63,535 nucleotides of DNA from Carcharhinus longimanus (lineage: Eukaryota). The notes beneath the pieces were generated by a model. That model was not told where the DNA came from, did no database searches, and saw nothing but the letters and a program-made list of their open reading frames with translations. Made by a program: the position numbers and the translations under genes. Shown piece after piece: positions 12,059-24,150 of this stretch (position 1 is its first letter; the number at the start of each line of letters is the position of its first letter). The stretch covers positions 46,368,358 to 46,431,892 of the forward strand of contig JASCQW010000105.1 of assembly GCA_030264375.1 (NCBI GenBank). Direction: 5' to 3'.

Positions 12059-15000
12059 TAGCCACGTTTCTCCATTTCTGATCATGAGCAGCAACTCAAA
12101 GTGGTAACTGATGCTGTATTTTCTTACAATTGGGTTTCTTATGGAATTTGATCATTTCTGACAGTTGTCAGCAAAGCAGCTATTATTGGACTTGGACTCA
12201 CAAGGCTCCGATTGTAGTATTTGCTGCTGTACTGGACATTTTCTGAAACATTCTGTCCTGCTCTGAAGTTACAATGCACTGAAGCAGTGAACAGTGTTTT
12301 TGTGGACTTGCAATATTTTGAGTTTCTGTGGCTTGCATTATGGATTTCAATGCATCAATTACAGGCTAATTTTCATTAGTTGGAAAGCACTGAAGCAGTG
12401 ATTTGTGTACTTTCCTGTGTTTTTGTGGCTTGCGTTGTTTGAGCTGAGGGTGGGCATAGTCAAGAGAGCAATAGTGTTATTTGGGCGTGGGCTTCACATC
12501 ATTTGGGATGGAACGTAACATCATGTGAGCAGGACTTTCTGTCACTGGTGGACGGAGCTTGATGTCACTGGGGGCTGGAGCACAATATCATGCTGGGGGG
12601 CGGGGGCACGATGTCATCGGGAGGGTGCAGGAATGGCATGGGGGCAGAATGTGGGGCCCTCAAAAGTGTACGTCTGCCTCTTCCTACAGTGTTTTGAATT
12701 AAGGCTTCATTCTGTGGATGAAACACTCATATTCAAATTTCATTCATTTCACTAAATAAACATTTGATTTAAAGAAAAATCAATACTCGTCATTTCATTT
12801 TGTTGGCATAGCCACGTTTGACACTCCACTGTGTGGAGTTTTGGTAGTTCATTTTGAGTAAATCTTTCCTTTGAGTACAATGTGCAAGGACCCCTTTTAG
12901 CCATGCACATAAACATTACTTATTAAAGTATATGAATTTAAAATACTTAATTGGCTTCATAAGATACAATGCATGAGGCGACATAAACACTATTTCTTTT
13001 CTTTATCAGTGAATACCATCCATGTGGCAACTTATTCAGACAATAAGGGAATGTTTGGGCTGGAAAGAAGGCATCACAGATTACCTCTTAGACATCATGT
13101 TCTACAGGATATCAATTAAATTGGATCTGACATCGAGATGCAGCATTATTTTTGACACTGAGTTTGATCTGACAGTGAGAATGGTGCTCAAAGGATAAGG
13201 GCTGTGTGCAAAAATGACAATGAAATTACCACCAACACCCCATCATGCAGTTGCACCATTTTGCCTGAGATTTGGAAAGCTTGACTTCTGAATTATAGTA
13301 TCAGGATTGATTTGATGACAAATATCATCAATTTTTAAATTTTCTCTTCAACAAAGAAACAGTCACATAATTCTNNNNNNNNNNNNNNNNNNNNNNNNNN
13401 NNNNNNNNNNNNNNNNNNNNNNNNNNNNNNNNNNNNNNNNNNNNNNNNNNNNNNNNNNNNNNNNNNNNNNNNNNNNNNNNNNNNNNNNNNNNNNNNNNNN
13501 NNNNNNNNNNNNNNNNNNNNNNNNNNNNNNNNNNNNNNNNNNNNNNNNNNNNNNNNNNNNNNNNNNNNNNNNNNNNNNNNNNNNNNNNNNNNNNNNNNNN
13601 NNNNNNNNNNNNNNNNNNNNNNNNNNNNNNNNNNNNNNNNNNNNNNNNNNNNNNNNNNNNNNNNNNNNNNNNNNNNNNNNNNNNNNNNNNNNNNNNNNNN
13701 NNNNNNNNNNNNNNNNNNNNNNNNNNNNNNNNNNNNNNNNNNNNNNNNNNNNNNNNNNNNNNNNNNNNNNNNNNNNNNNNNNNNNNNNNNNNNNNNNNNN
13801 NNNNNNNNNNNNNNNNNNNNNNNNNNNNNNNNNNNNNNNNNNNNNNNNNNNNNNNNNNNNNNNNNNNNNNNNNNNNNNNNNNNNNNNNNNNNNNNNNNNN
13901 NNNNNNNNNNNNNNNNNNNNNNNNNNNNNNNNNNNNNNNNNNNNNNNNNNNNNNNNNNNNNNNNNNNNNNNNNNNNNNNNNNNNNNNNNNNNNNNNNNNN
14001 NNNNNNNNNNNNNNNNNNNNNNNNNNNNNNNNNNNNNNNNNNNNNNNNNNNNNNNNNNNNNNNNNNNNNNNNNNNNNNNNNNNNNNNNNNNNNNNNNNNN
14101 NNNNNNNNNNNNNNNNNNNNNNNNNNNNNNNNNNNNNNNNNNNNNNNNNNNNNNNNNNNNNNNNNNNNNNNNNNNNNNNNNNNNNNNNNNNNNNNNNNNN
14201 NNNNNNNNNNNNNNNNNNNNNNNNNNNNNNNNNNNNNNNNNNNNNNNNNNNNNNNNNNNNNNNNNNNNNNNNNNNNNNNNNNNNNNNNNNNNNNNNNNNN
14301 NNNNNNNNNNNNNNNNNNNNNNNNNNNNNNNNNNNNNNNNNNNNNNNNNNNNNNNNNNNNNNNAGAATTCTTACTTGCTGAATACATCCAACGCTTTTTG
14401 TTTCAGATTTTCAGCATCCAAAGTATTTTGCGTTGACTAAAAAAGTTGCACCACAATTAATAATTGACACCTGCATTTCAGTAAACTGATTTAATATAGA
14501 AGAGCTCTCATTCATTACTTTTGATTTCAAAAAATCAGGTATTGCAAATTGTACATAATTACATGATTAGTTCTAATAGGACTGAATTTTATTAGATTTT
14601 AAAATGACACAACCATCAAAATTAGGCATGAAATGAAGGACAGCCATTGTTTACAGCTGACGCAGCTTTGCTCCTAGTCAACACAGAGTAGAGAATTATG
14701 AAGCTTTGGGAACAACTGGTAAATTTTGATTTGGATCAATACCATCTTGCTGTCAGATGATTTGCTGAGAACAAATCTGATCCTTGGCAGTAATGCACAA
14801 CTTAGTTATAAAGCTTCTTTAATATCAAAAGAAAATGCAAAGGATTTCACAGGAAGGTTATCAGACAACGCTTAACACTGAGCCACAAAGGAAATATTGG
14901 GACAGGTGATGGAAGTTTGGTCAAAGAAGCAGCCTTTTTATTTTTCTTTCATGCAAAGTGAGCATCAGTAGCAAGGCCAGCCTGACTTAAAACAAGATAT

Positions 15001-16047
15001 GGAGGATGAGGTATTTAGGGGGGAAATTCTAGAGCTTACGGCAAAAGCAGCTGACTGTACGTTCACCAATACTGGAGCAACAGAGATCTACCAACTATAA
15101 ATGGCAATACAAGATCCCAACAAATTGCTCTTTCATTTCAATACTTCAACAGTTGCATAGACAACAAAAGGTTGTGTCACCTACAAACGGCATCCAAACG
15201 ATATCGAGGAGGTGATATCTGAACTGAAAAGAAGTGCAAAGGTAGAAAAACGGGGTAAATGAGAATTTGCTATGGGTGCCATTCATGGGTGAAATACATG
15301 GCAGGCTTTGGACTCATTTGTTTAGGTAGCTTTCCAACAGCTTAGCAATCTCAATGCTGAGCAATCTACTGGAATTTCTACAAAAGGCAAAAGTTGGGAT
15401 TTTATGGCCCCATTGCAGCAGATGTGCGAGCAGCCAAAAGTACAATGACTTCAGCAGCATTGGCAAAACCTGTTGGCCGGTGGGACCAGAATCTTGCCTT
15501 TCGCATATATACTATGCAGAGATAATGGACAAGTTTAGAAAGGAAAAGATTAAAATATATAGACAAGGAAGCTGCAGCTATGCATTAACTAGAAATTTTA
15601 TTATATTCAAGGTAGTTATTAGAAATCAATCCAATTGATACTTCAATATAAAATATGCTGCAGCTTAATCATATAACACATTCTATACTGGTTCATTTTA
15701 TTTTGTTGTTCTTGCAGAAAAAGTTGACCTGCAAGCAAGGACACATAGGTGAAAGCTTTTAACTACTTCAAAAACAATTGTGGAGGCCTGAGGATGGAAG
15801 CTTCTAAAAAGCCTCAATAATAACTAGACTGAAGGAAACAAATACCCTTGTGTTCATTTGGACAATTATAAACGTATGCCATGACTGCACAAATGAATTA
15901 GAGTTTCAGGAAATATAACTGACTGATACAGTATGAAAACATCATGGAAATATTATGAACTGTCTGATAATAGCACCTCGTGCTATGCATGTGTACTCAT
16001 TGGACATGTTTTCTGTTTTTGTGGACTTACCTGAAATCCAGGGCCTG

Positions 16048-16345
16048 TTCATAGAATCCTGCAGTGCAGAAGGGGACCATTCGACCCATCAAGTCTGCAC
16101 TGACCACAAAGCCACTCAGGCCTTATCCTCATGCATTTACATAGTCCCCCTGATGCTAACGGTCAATTTAGAATGGCCAATCCACCTAACCCACACATTT
16201 TTGGACTGTGGGAGGAAACCGGAGCACCTGGACGAAACCCAAGTAGACACGGGGAGAATGTGCAGACTCCACGCAGGCAGCTGGGAATTGAACCTGGGTC
16301 CCTGACACTGTGAGGCAGCGGTGCTGACCACTGTGCCACCGTGCT
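16048..16345 (-). mobile_element. HE1-type tRNA-derived V-SINE
   Basis: Reverse strand: GCACGGTGGCACAGTGG (A-box), GGTTCAATTCC (B-box), V-domain GTGCTCCGGTTTCCTCCCACAGTCC, CR1-like tail GGATTCTATGA. Confidence 0.9.
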
Positions 16346-16945
16346 GGTGCAACGTTCTCTTTGGGTGGAACTGTGTGCATCTCTGCGTGGTGTAAATTTG
16401 GGAGTGAGACATGGGCTATGCATCCCTTCCTGAGGTTCACCGCGTCGTCTGCTGCCCCTCGTTCAACCGTGACCCTCTCTAATCGGCACACGCCCCAACC
16501 CATTCAAGGCCCCAGCTTCTGTTGCGGATTGTGTGAATGTACTCGCACACAAGCTCTGACCACAGAGCTAATCCTCTAATCCCCTTCACACCTGTTTTAC
16601 AAGATTTCTGCCAGCTCCCTCATTATCCCGCTTTACTTTGTGGCGTTGTTATCTCCTGCTGCTTTTCTCCCCTCCTCCCGGTTCTGTTTTGAGCCCTTGT
16701 CTCCATTTCCAGTTCCCTCCTCCGCCCTCATACGTCGTGTCTTTGTTCCCCCGACCTTTTGTGAGGTTGATTTGAGGCTCCGTCCTCGTGCGCAGGGTGG
16801 GAGACGGTTAATCCGTTTAAGATAAACCAATTACTTCTGGTCTCAACACAGGCTCCAAGTGTGGAATCCACACCGTCAACACCATTCAGGCTACGCTGAG
16901 GGGAATGCAGCACTGCCATCGCTCTTTCTGTGTCGTTATCCAACC
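16346..16945. promoter_or_regulatory. CpG-rich patch not assigned to a repeat; possible promoter or first exon
   Basis: Roughly 25 CpGs in ~600 bp by eye, against a CpG-poor background. CCAAT near 16827. A consensus minus-strand donor CAG|GTAAGT lies nearby at 16031/16030. Confidence 0.35.
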
Positions 16946-17066
16946 TCTGTTTTGATTCAATTTGAACACAGTATTTAGAGTCATTGATGGGTTTTTTTTA
17001 ATGTCTCTCCCTCTCCCCACAAGGGCTGCCTGTGGTCACCAGTCCCATTGAAGCCAATGGCCATTC

Positions 17067-17327
17067 GCTTACATTAACACTGCAATGAAGTTACTGTGAA
17101 AATCCCCTAGTCACCACATTCTGGCACCCATTTGGATACACTAAGAGAGAATTCGGCGTGGCCAATGCACCCTAACCAGCACGTCTTCCGGACTGTGGGA
17201 GGAAACCGGAGCACCCGGGGGGAAACCCAAGCAGACATGGGGAGAATGTGCAGACTCGTACTGACAGTGACCCAAGCCGGGAATTGAACCCGTGTTCTCT
17301 GGCACTGCAAGGCAGCAGTGCTAACCC
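17067..17327 (-). mobile_element. V-SINE, alternative-tail subfamily
   Basis: Same head and V-domain as HE1, but the tail is CTAGGGGATTTTCACAGTAACTTCATTGCAGTGTTAATG, as in 33696-34005. Confidence 0.85.
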
Positions 17328-17501
17328 ATAGCAGGGGGTTCCAGAGGTAAGGCGGGGAGTGAGTACAGGATACACTGTAGCAATGGGAGATTGTGGGGAG
17401 GGGGTTACCTTCAGCGGGACTGGAAGACCCCACCATTGGGAATGGCCAGAATATCCTGCCCATTGCCATAACCCTGTTAAAAGCCTAAAACACGTGCAGG
17501 T

Positions 17502-18245
17502 TAGAAACATAGAGGATAGGAGCAGGAGGGGGCCATTCAGCCCTTCGAGCCTGGTCCGCCATTCATCACAATCATGGCTGATCGTCCAACTCAATAGCCT
17601 AATCCTGCTTTCTCCCCATAACCTTTGNNNNNNNNNNNNNNNNNNNNNNNNNNNNNNNNNNNNNNNNNNNNNNNNNNNNNNNNNNNNNNNNNNNNNNNNN
17701 NNNNNNNNNNNNNNNNNNNNNNNNNNNACTATATTTAATGATCTAGCTCCAGTGCTCTCCACAGCAGAGAAAGCCGAAGCTGAACAATCCTTTAAGACGA
17801 GATGATTCTCCTCATCTCCATCTTGCACGTGTGCACCTAGTTCTGGATTCTTTCACATGGCAAACATGCTCTTAGCATCTACTCTGTCAGTTAGCCCTCG
17901 GAATCTTGTATTTAGAAAGGTCACTTCTCATTCCTCTACACTCCAATGAGTATCGGAGCAACCTGCTTAAATCATCCCTCATCCTAGGAGTCAATTAAGT
18001 GAGCCTTCTTTGAAATGCCTCCAATGCAAATATATACTATCCTTGTATTAGGAGAGCAAACTGTTGTACTCCAGTTGTGGTATCACCAATATCTTGCATG
18101 GTTGTCACAAATCTTCTACATGTATAGTCCATGCCCCTTGTAATAAAGGTCAACATTCTATTTGCCTTCCCAATTACTTCCTTTATGAGAAAATCCAGAC
18201 CCCTCTGTCTGTGGCACTTTTCCATGGAAATAATATTCTGCATTT
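17502..18245 (-). mobile_element. CR1 LINE 3' fragments (with gap)
   Basis: Antisense CR1 tail AGAAACATAG..GGAGCAGGAG..GGCCATTC; KANRMLTFITRGMDY. Confidence 0.8.
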
Positions 18246-19059
18246 CTATCTGTAGTTGAGAATTCTGATTAATTCTACATACCCAACATAAGGATAATTA
18301 GCAGTTAACGTTTTAATGTGTGGTTTGAGAATAATACAAAATGTTTAAGTAACATATTAATAACGTCTCTAAGAAATTCATTTGTAACATGCCAGTGATA
18401 AGAAAGATGTATTCATGAAAGATACCAGCACATCAGGCACAAATTATGCAACAAAGTAAATTACCCCTGCATATCCAGGCCAGGGGATAATGCCAAAAGA
18501 TAAAAGGTGTTTTCATTTGGTATTAGAACTGGTTTAAACTGATTGGAGAAATGTTGAATCATACGCAGCCATTTTTGGGAGAGAACTTCCATAAAACTGA
18601 CAGACGAATGACAAATCAATATTTGAAGGTGACAAAATATAATGGATTGAAGGACATGCCATCGTTAGATTAACATAACAGTGAATGAATGAAATTGTTT
18701 TTAATTAAATGCTGGGCTGAATAATCTGATAACAAAAAGTATAACCTGCCTCATAGCTAATTTGCTGTGTCGGTAAAATCAGAGATCTTCCTTTCGGCCA
18801 AAAAAAATTGTCTTGTCTTAATTGTACATTTGCCTGAATATTTTTAATGTTTTGATTCTAACATTTCAATGTTTTAATAAAAACTAATTTAATTGAAGAA
18901 TTTTAATGAATTGAATTTTTTTTTGCCTTTGTGAAATGAAATATTGAATGAAAACATTTAGCCTTTAAATTTAACAGATCACCTCAACAGCTTTCCCACT
19001 ACACTAACCTTCGCAACATAGTAAACGTCTATAATGAGAGTATAGCCTCTCATTATACT

Positions 19060-19530
19060 CTGCCAGATTTTTTTCCAACTCAGTTAACCTATCCATATTG
19101 ATTCGCAGACCTCCTCAAAATGTCCTCCTCCTGTGTCCTCCTCAAAATTTGCTTGCCTAATTATCTTCCTATCGCACCATATTTTGCTACAATGCACTCA
19201 GTCCCTTCATTCAAGTCATTAACATAGTTTGTAAATAGTTGAGGCCTCAGCCCTGTTCCTTTTGGCAAACTAATGGGTGCCAATCTGAAAATGAACCTTC
19301 ACCTGCAACACTATGATCTCTTTATCTTATAATCTTTTATGGGATGCCTTAATCAAACAACTTGTGGAAATCCAAACAAACATTTACTGCTTTTATTTTA
19401 CCCACTATACCTGTTACATCCTCACAGAACTTTAATAAATATGTCAAAACATGATTTCCCTTTCATGAAATCATGTTGACCTTGCTTGATTGCGTTATGA
19501 TTGGCCAAATGTCATGCTACTATTCCTTAA
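19060..19530 (-). mobile_element. Degenerate CR1 RT fragment
   Basis: Antisense QHDFMKGKSC and LDFHK motifs; GLNYLQ region. Confidence 0.6.
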
Positions 19531-20081
19531 TGAAAGCAAAACAAAAACATCAGACCAAGAATTTTCAAATCATTTCACTATTTTAAAGGAAGTAAACAGA
19601 TTAATGAGGCAAAAGTGAGTAATTCATCAAGGGAATGACAATTATGAAAAAATCATCTGAATTTAGTATCTGATCCATCAATTTACAGCTGTGTTACTGA
19701 TACCATTTTTGGCAGAATTTTCCCAAGAAATGGCAAAATGTCAGGGTCTGAACAAAGAACAGTCCAGCACAGGAGCAGGCCCTTCGGCCCACCAATTCGA
19801 GCCAATGCAAAGCCCCCAGGACGCGGTCTGCAAAATTTACCAGCCCCCAGTTCTAGACTCTTCTGGTAGACAATTTTCTGCTCTGTAGACTGGCATTGAG
19901 TAATGCACATAGTAAAATACATTTTTCAAAAGAGATTGCTGGTATTATATGTACAATACCTGCTCTCTCTGCTGGGGGGAAAGGAGTTGCAGTGTAAATT
20001 GTAAAATAGGATAAAGGTTAGTTTTGTTGCGCTTGGGAAAAACAGGATGAACATGAGCTGTAGATGGCATTAACATGAGCC

Positions 20082-20185
20082 AGCTCTGATGAAGGGTCAA
20101 TTAGACATGAAACGGTGGGTCTATTTGCTTCCCACAGATGCTGTCAGACCTGCTAAGATTTTCCAACTTTTTTTGGTTTTGTTTC
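20082..20185 (+). mobile_element. Penelope pLTR fragment (second family) with a degenerate hammerhead core
   Basis: CTGATGA (20086-20092), AGGGTC-aatta-GACAT, GAAA, then CACAGATGCTGTCAGACCTGCT shared with 21720, 24340 and 48260. Confidence 0.6.
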
Positions 20186-21689
20186 ATGTGATAAACATGC
20201 GTGATTGTCATCACCTGGAGTGAGATGGTCATTGCTTTGCATTCATGAAAGGAGGATTTAGAGAACTTGTTGAAAAGCAATAGACATTGATCACATTGAC
20301 CCAAGGCAACTTAAGGACTCGGCCTTTAACCACGCAAAAGGAGTCAGTGTGCAACTCTCAAACTATTGACAATAACTTACTTCATATGCCTTAAGAAAAC
20401 CTACAGTTTTTTACATTTACAGCATGTAGCAAAGTGGCCAATAGGACCACAAGAATTCCTCAGCAGATCTTTCAGTAAACATCAAATTTGCTTCTTTCAA
20501 CAAGCTAATACTCAGTACCAATATTGCAAATGTATTATGGTAGGCTAGTGGATATAGCACAAGAGAACACAATCAGACATGTTAAACATATGCTACATAT
20601 TTACTAATGCTTAAATAAAAATACAACTTTAAACTTTACGGTTATTTTTATTTTGGGAATCCATTTTGTTATATAACAAACAGCATGAGAAATTGCTTAC
20701 AATGGTGTAGAAAAGTTATGTAGTCTAGGAATTAATTGTTTACCAGCTTCAATAAAACAACCAAATTGAATCATAGGTTGCAAATATACTGTTTCCTATA
20801 AAACTTGATGCTGAGCCATCATTCTCTTTTTCCTGCTGCAATTTATATCATTGCTGATTTTCATCCACAGTACATTATAAGCTTCTTTCTATGCTAGTAT
20901 TGTGAAGCATCCAGTGTACTAAAACCATTTTCCACCTCCTCTGGGGATACATCAGAAAGCCCCTCTGATAGCCTGCACATGCAATGAAATTGAAGTAGCT
21001 CTTCCATTCCTGCTGGATACAACAATTAAGACAACTAACAAATCCTTCTACGGTGGTGTCTCTCTGCTACAGGTCTCCTTCAAAATGTTAGCATTTTTGT
21101 TCAACATTTACTGCTCTGCTTGGACCTCTGGTGGCTCCCTCGACCACTTTGACACTGACTTTCATTTGTTTTCACTAATATGTCATGTACTTAGTCAAAC
21201 CAGAATAATTCTGCATGACTGCACTCAATCGATTAAACAAAGCTCAGCTAGCAAAAAAATTAAGTTAATGTTCATTTGAATGGTTCACTCAAGGGACCAA
21301 TTTCAGGGCCAGGGACAAAAGTCAACAATCACTCCATTAAAACGATGCATCAAATTGTATTAATCCTTAATATACAATTAACAGTTTAATGTCAACCCCA
21401 ATGACTTTTTTTGGTTTAGTAAAAGCATGGAGCAAGAAGTATTGGCTTTGATTTTCAATGCAAGTATGATCAATACAGAAGACTTCTGTTCAACAATATA
21501 CAGTTGTGATGTGTGCCCTTTTGTAACAGTAAATGATTGTCCAACTATAAGTGTATAGTGATCATAAATCAAGACAAAATTAAATCAAGGCAGCTACTGC
21601 AGGCAACAGGCAAGATGCACCAACAGTTTTAATCAGCATTGAATTTCACCCTAAAAGCAAGAAGTGTTTAAAGTTAAAAGGCCAGCTTT

Positions 21690-22588
21690 AAAATCCGAAA
21701 ACACTAGAAGATCTCAACAGGACTTACAGCATCTGTGAGGAGAGAATAGAGCCAATGTTTTGCGTTGAGATGACCCTTCAGCAGAGCTGACAGTAGAAAG
21801 AATCAAAGGGAATGTAAACGAGGATACAGAAGGCACTGAAAGTGTCCAATAAGTAATCAGAATGTGTGAATGGCAGAACAGAGGTACACGCTGTTGAAGG
21901 GTTGCCCCAAGAATGTGGCAGTTGCCCTGATGGGGACAAGGGTGGAGTGGAAAGAGGAGAGCTGGAATGGAGAAGTGGAAAAATCAGTGGTGAGAAAGAA
22001 GAATGGTAAAAATGGATGAATGAGATGAAAAGAAACAAAACAAAATAAATGGGAATGGGTGAAGGTGGAGGAGAGGCTTCATGCTCTGAAGTTGTTGAAC
22101 TCAATGTTCAGTCCAGAAGGCTGTCAAGTGCCAATCAGGTGGTGAGGTGATGTTCCTCCAGTTTGCGTTGGGATTCGCTAGAACACTGCAAAAGTCCAAG
22201 AATGGATATGTGGACAGGAGAGCAGGGTATGTGTTGAAGTGGCAAGCGACAGGAAGATCTGAGTCCTGCTTGCGGACAGACCGAAGGTGCTCAGCAAAAC
22301 GGTCATCCAGCCTGCGTTTGGCCTCTCTGTTGCAGACTGGACCACACTGGGAGCAGCAAATGCAATTAACAAGACTGAAGAAGGTGCATGTGAAGCACTA
22401 CTGCACTTGAAAGAGAGGTTTAGGAACTGGGGCGTTGAGCAGGGAGGAGGTAAAGGGGCAAGTGTATTTCCTTTTGTGATTGCATGGGAAGGTGCCATGC
22501 ACAGAGGGTGATATGTTGGGTGTGATGAAGGATTGGACCAGGATGTCCCAGAGAGAACGGTTCCTGCAGAATGCTGACCGGGTGGGGG
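21690..22588 (-). mobile_element. Penelope-like element 3' part: GIY-YIG endonuclease remnant plus pLTR
   Basis: Minus-frame FTCTFFSLVNCICCSQCG..EAKRRLDDRFAEHLRSVRKQDSDLPVACHFN, the PLE GIY-YIG signature. Pyrimidine-rich pLTR ending in a degenerate hammerhead near 21760-21790. Confidence 0.85.
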
Positions 22589-22762
22589 NNNNNNNNNNNN
22601 NNNNNNNNNNNNNNNNNNNNNNNNNNNNNNNNNNNNNNNNNNNNNNNNNNNNNNNNNNNNNNNNNNNNNNNNNNNNNNNNNNNNNNNNNNNNNNNNNNNN
22701 NNNNNNNNNNNNNNNNNNNNNNNNNNNNNNNNNNNNNNNNNNNNNNNNNNNNNNNNNNNNNN

Positions 22763-23100
22763 CGGCAGGCCCGGACCTCTGCTCTCACCCTTTGTCCCTC
22801 CCAGAACCAGGATTTCTCATTTCCATTTTTACTATTTTACCATCCCAGCTCTCCTCCTTTCCACACTCCCACACCCACATTCCTCAGGAGGTCCTTCAAC
22901 AATCTACCTCTTCTGCCATTCATGCATTCTGATCACTTAATGGACACTTTTAGCTCATTCTCAGCCTTCTGTATCCTCATTTACATTCCCTTTGTCCAAT
23001 TTCACCCACCCACCCTCAGTATAAATCTCTACAGATTCCCTTTGCTCTCAGCTCTGGCAAAGAGTCCAGAATCAAAACATTGGCTCTATTGCTCTGACAC
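22763..23100 (+). mobile_element. Inverted Penelope pLTR copy
   Basis: CTGCCATTCA..CATTCTGAT..GGACACTTT..CCTTCTGTATCCTC..TTTACATTCCCTTTG..AAAACATTGGCTCTATT is the reverse complement of 21745-21880. Confidence 0.75.
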
Positions 23101-23817
23101 AAAGGTTAATCTTTTTTACGTTGCAATGTAATCTGCTTAATTATTTGGGAAGGTGTTATCTGCTCTTGATTAACATTCAGATTCATTAACATAAAGGCCT
23201 GGCACTCACTTTAAAAGAAGAATTAACAAGGTAGTTTATTTAAATAACTAGGAACTTTAACAAGTAATACATTAACTAAGGCACAGTTAGACTGAAATGC
23301 TGTTTGGATAATACAAGGAACATTCGTTATCCAAAACCAAAATAATGGAATTCTAGTCACTCTCAAAGAAATGATACAATCAGACTTGATGGAATTCAGA
23401 AGCTTTTTGGAGTTCTTTTATAGTTGTCTGTTGTCTGCAAGTTCTGTTGGATTTTGTATCTTTCGCTGGTTAAAGGGTGAATTATTTTAAGACTTATCTA
23501 AAACTGGCAGAGTGAAGAACTAACTGCTCCAGTTGATCTAACTGCCCTTAACTACCTTTAACTGCTTCAGGTAGTCTGGCCCTGCTTTTGGATGAATTCT
23601 GGTGTAACTAAACTCAAGGCAATCAAGTTCCTCTTATGACCTATCAACATTCCTGTACTCAGATTGGCCTGAGGTTGACAACAACAGCAAAATTCAAATC
23701 TAATAGGTTCCTTTATCAGAGTGTTTTCTTTGAACTCATCGGTTAACAAAAATGCAAAAACCTGCAGAGCCAGTTACCAAGGCAACCTGATGCTTTTGAT
23801 CTCAAACAAATGTTAGA

Positions 23818-24150
23818 ATGTAAGAACTAGGAACAAGAGTGGGCTATCTGGCCCCTCGAGCCTGCTCCACCATTCAATAAGATCATGGCTGATATTTTCA
23901 TGGACTCAGCTCCACTTACCTGCCCGCTCACTATAACTCTTAATTCCTTTACTGTTTAAAAGTGTGTCTATCCTTGCCTTAAAAACATTCAATGAGGTGG
24001 CTCAACTGCTTCTCTGGGCAGGGATTCACAACCCGTTGGGTGAAGAAATTTCTCCTCAACTCAGTCCTAAATCTGCTCCCCATTATTTTGAGGCCACACC
24101 CCCCTTTCGTTCTAGTTTCACCTGCCAGTGAAAACAACTTCCCTCCTTCG
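23818..24150 (-). mobile_element. CR1 LINE 3' end
   Basis: KLFSLAGETRT..LKIMGSRFRTELRRNFFTQRVVN plus tail. Confidence 0.85.

Noticed and set aside
11065-14387. Long ORFs of 300+ aa in the ORF track (also 31055-32103 and others)
   Set aside because: They consist of N-gap X residues and are not real coding sequence.
15955-16503. Several overlapping ORFs such as MANPPNPHIFGLWEETGAP
   Set aside because: Translations of the HE1 SINE, recurring at every copy.
21121-21138. CTCF-like CCACCAGAGGTC on the minus strand
   Set aside because: The 3' half mismatches the consensus; not supportable without ChIP data.
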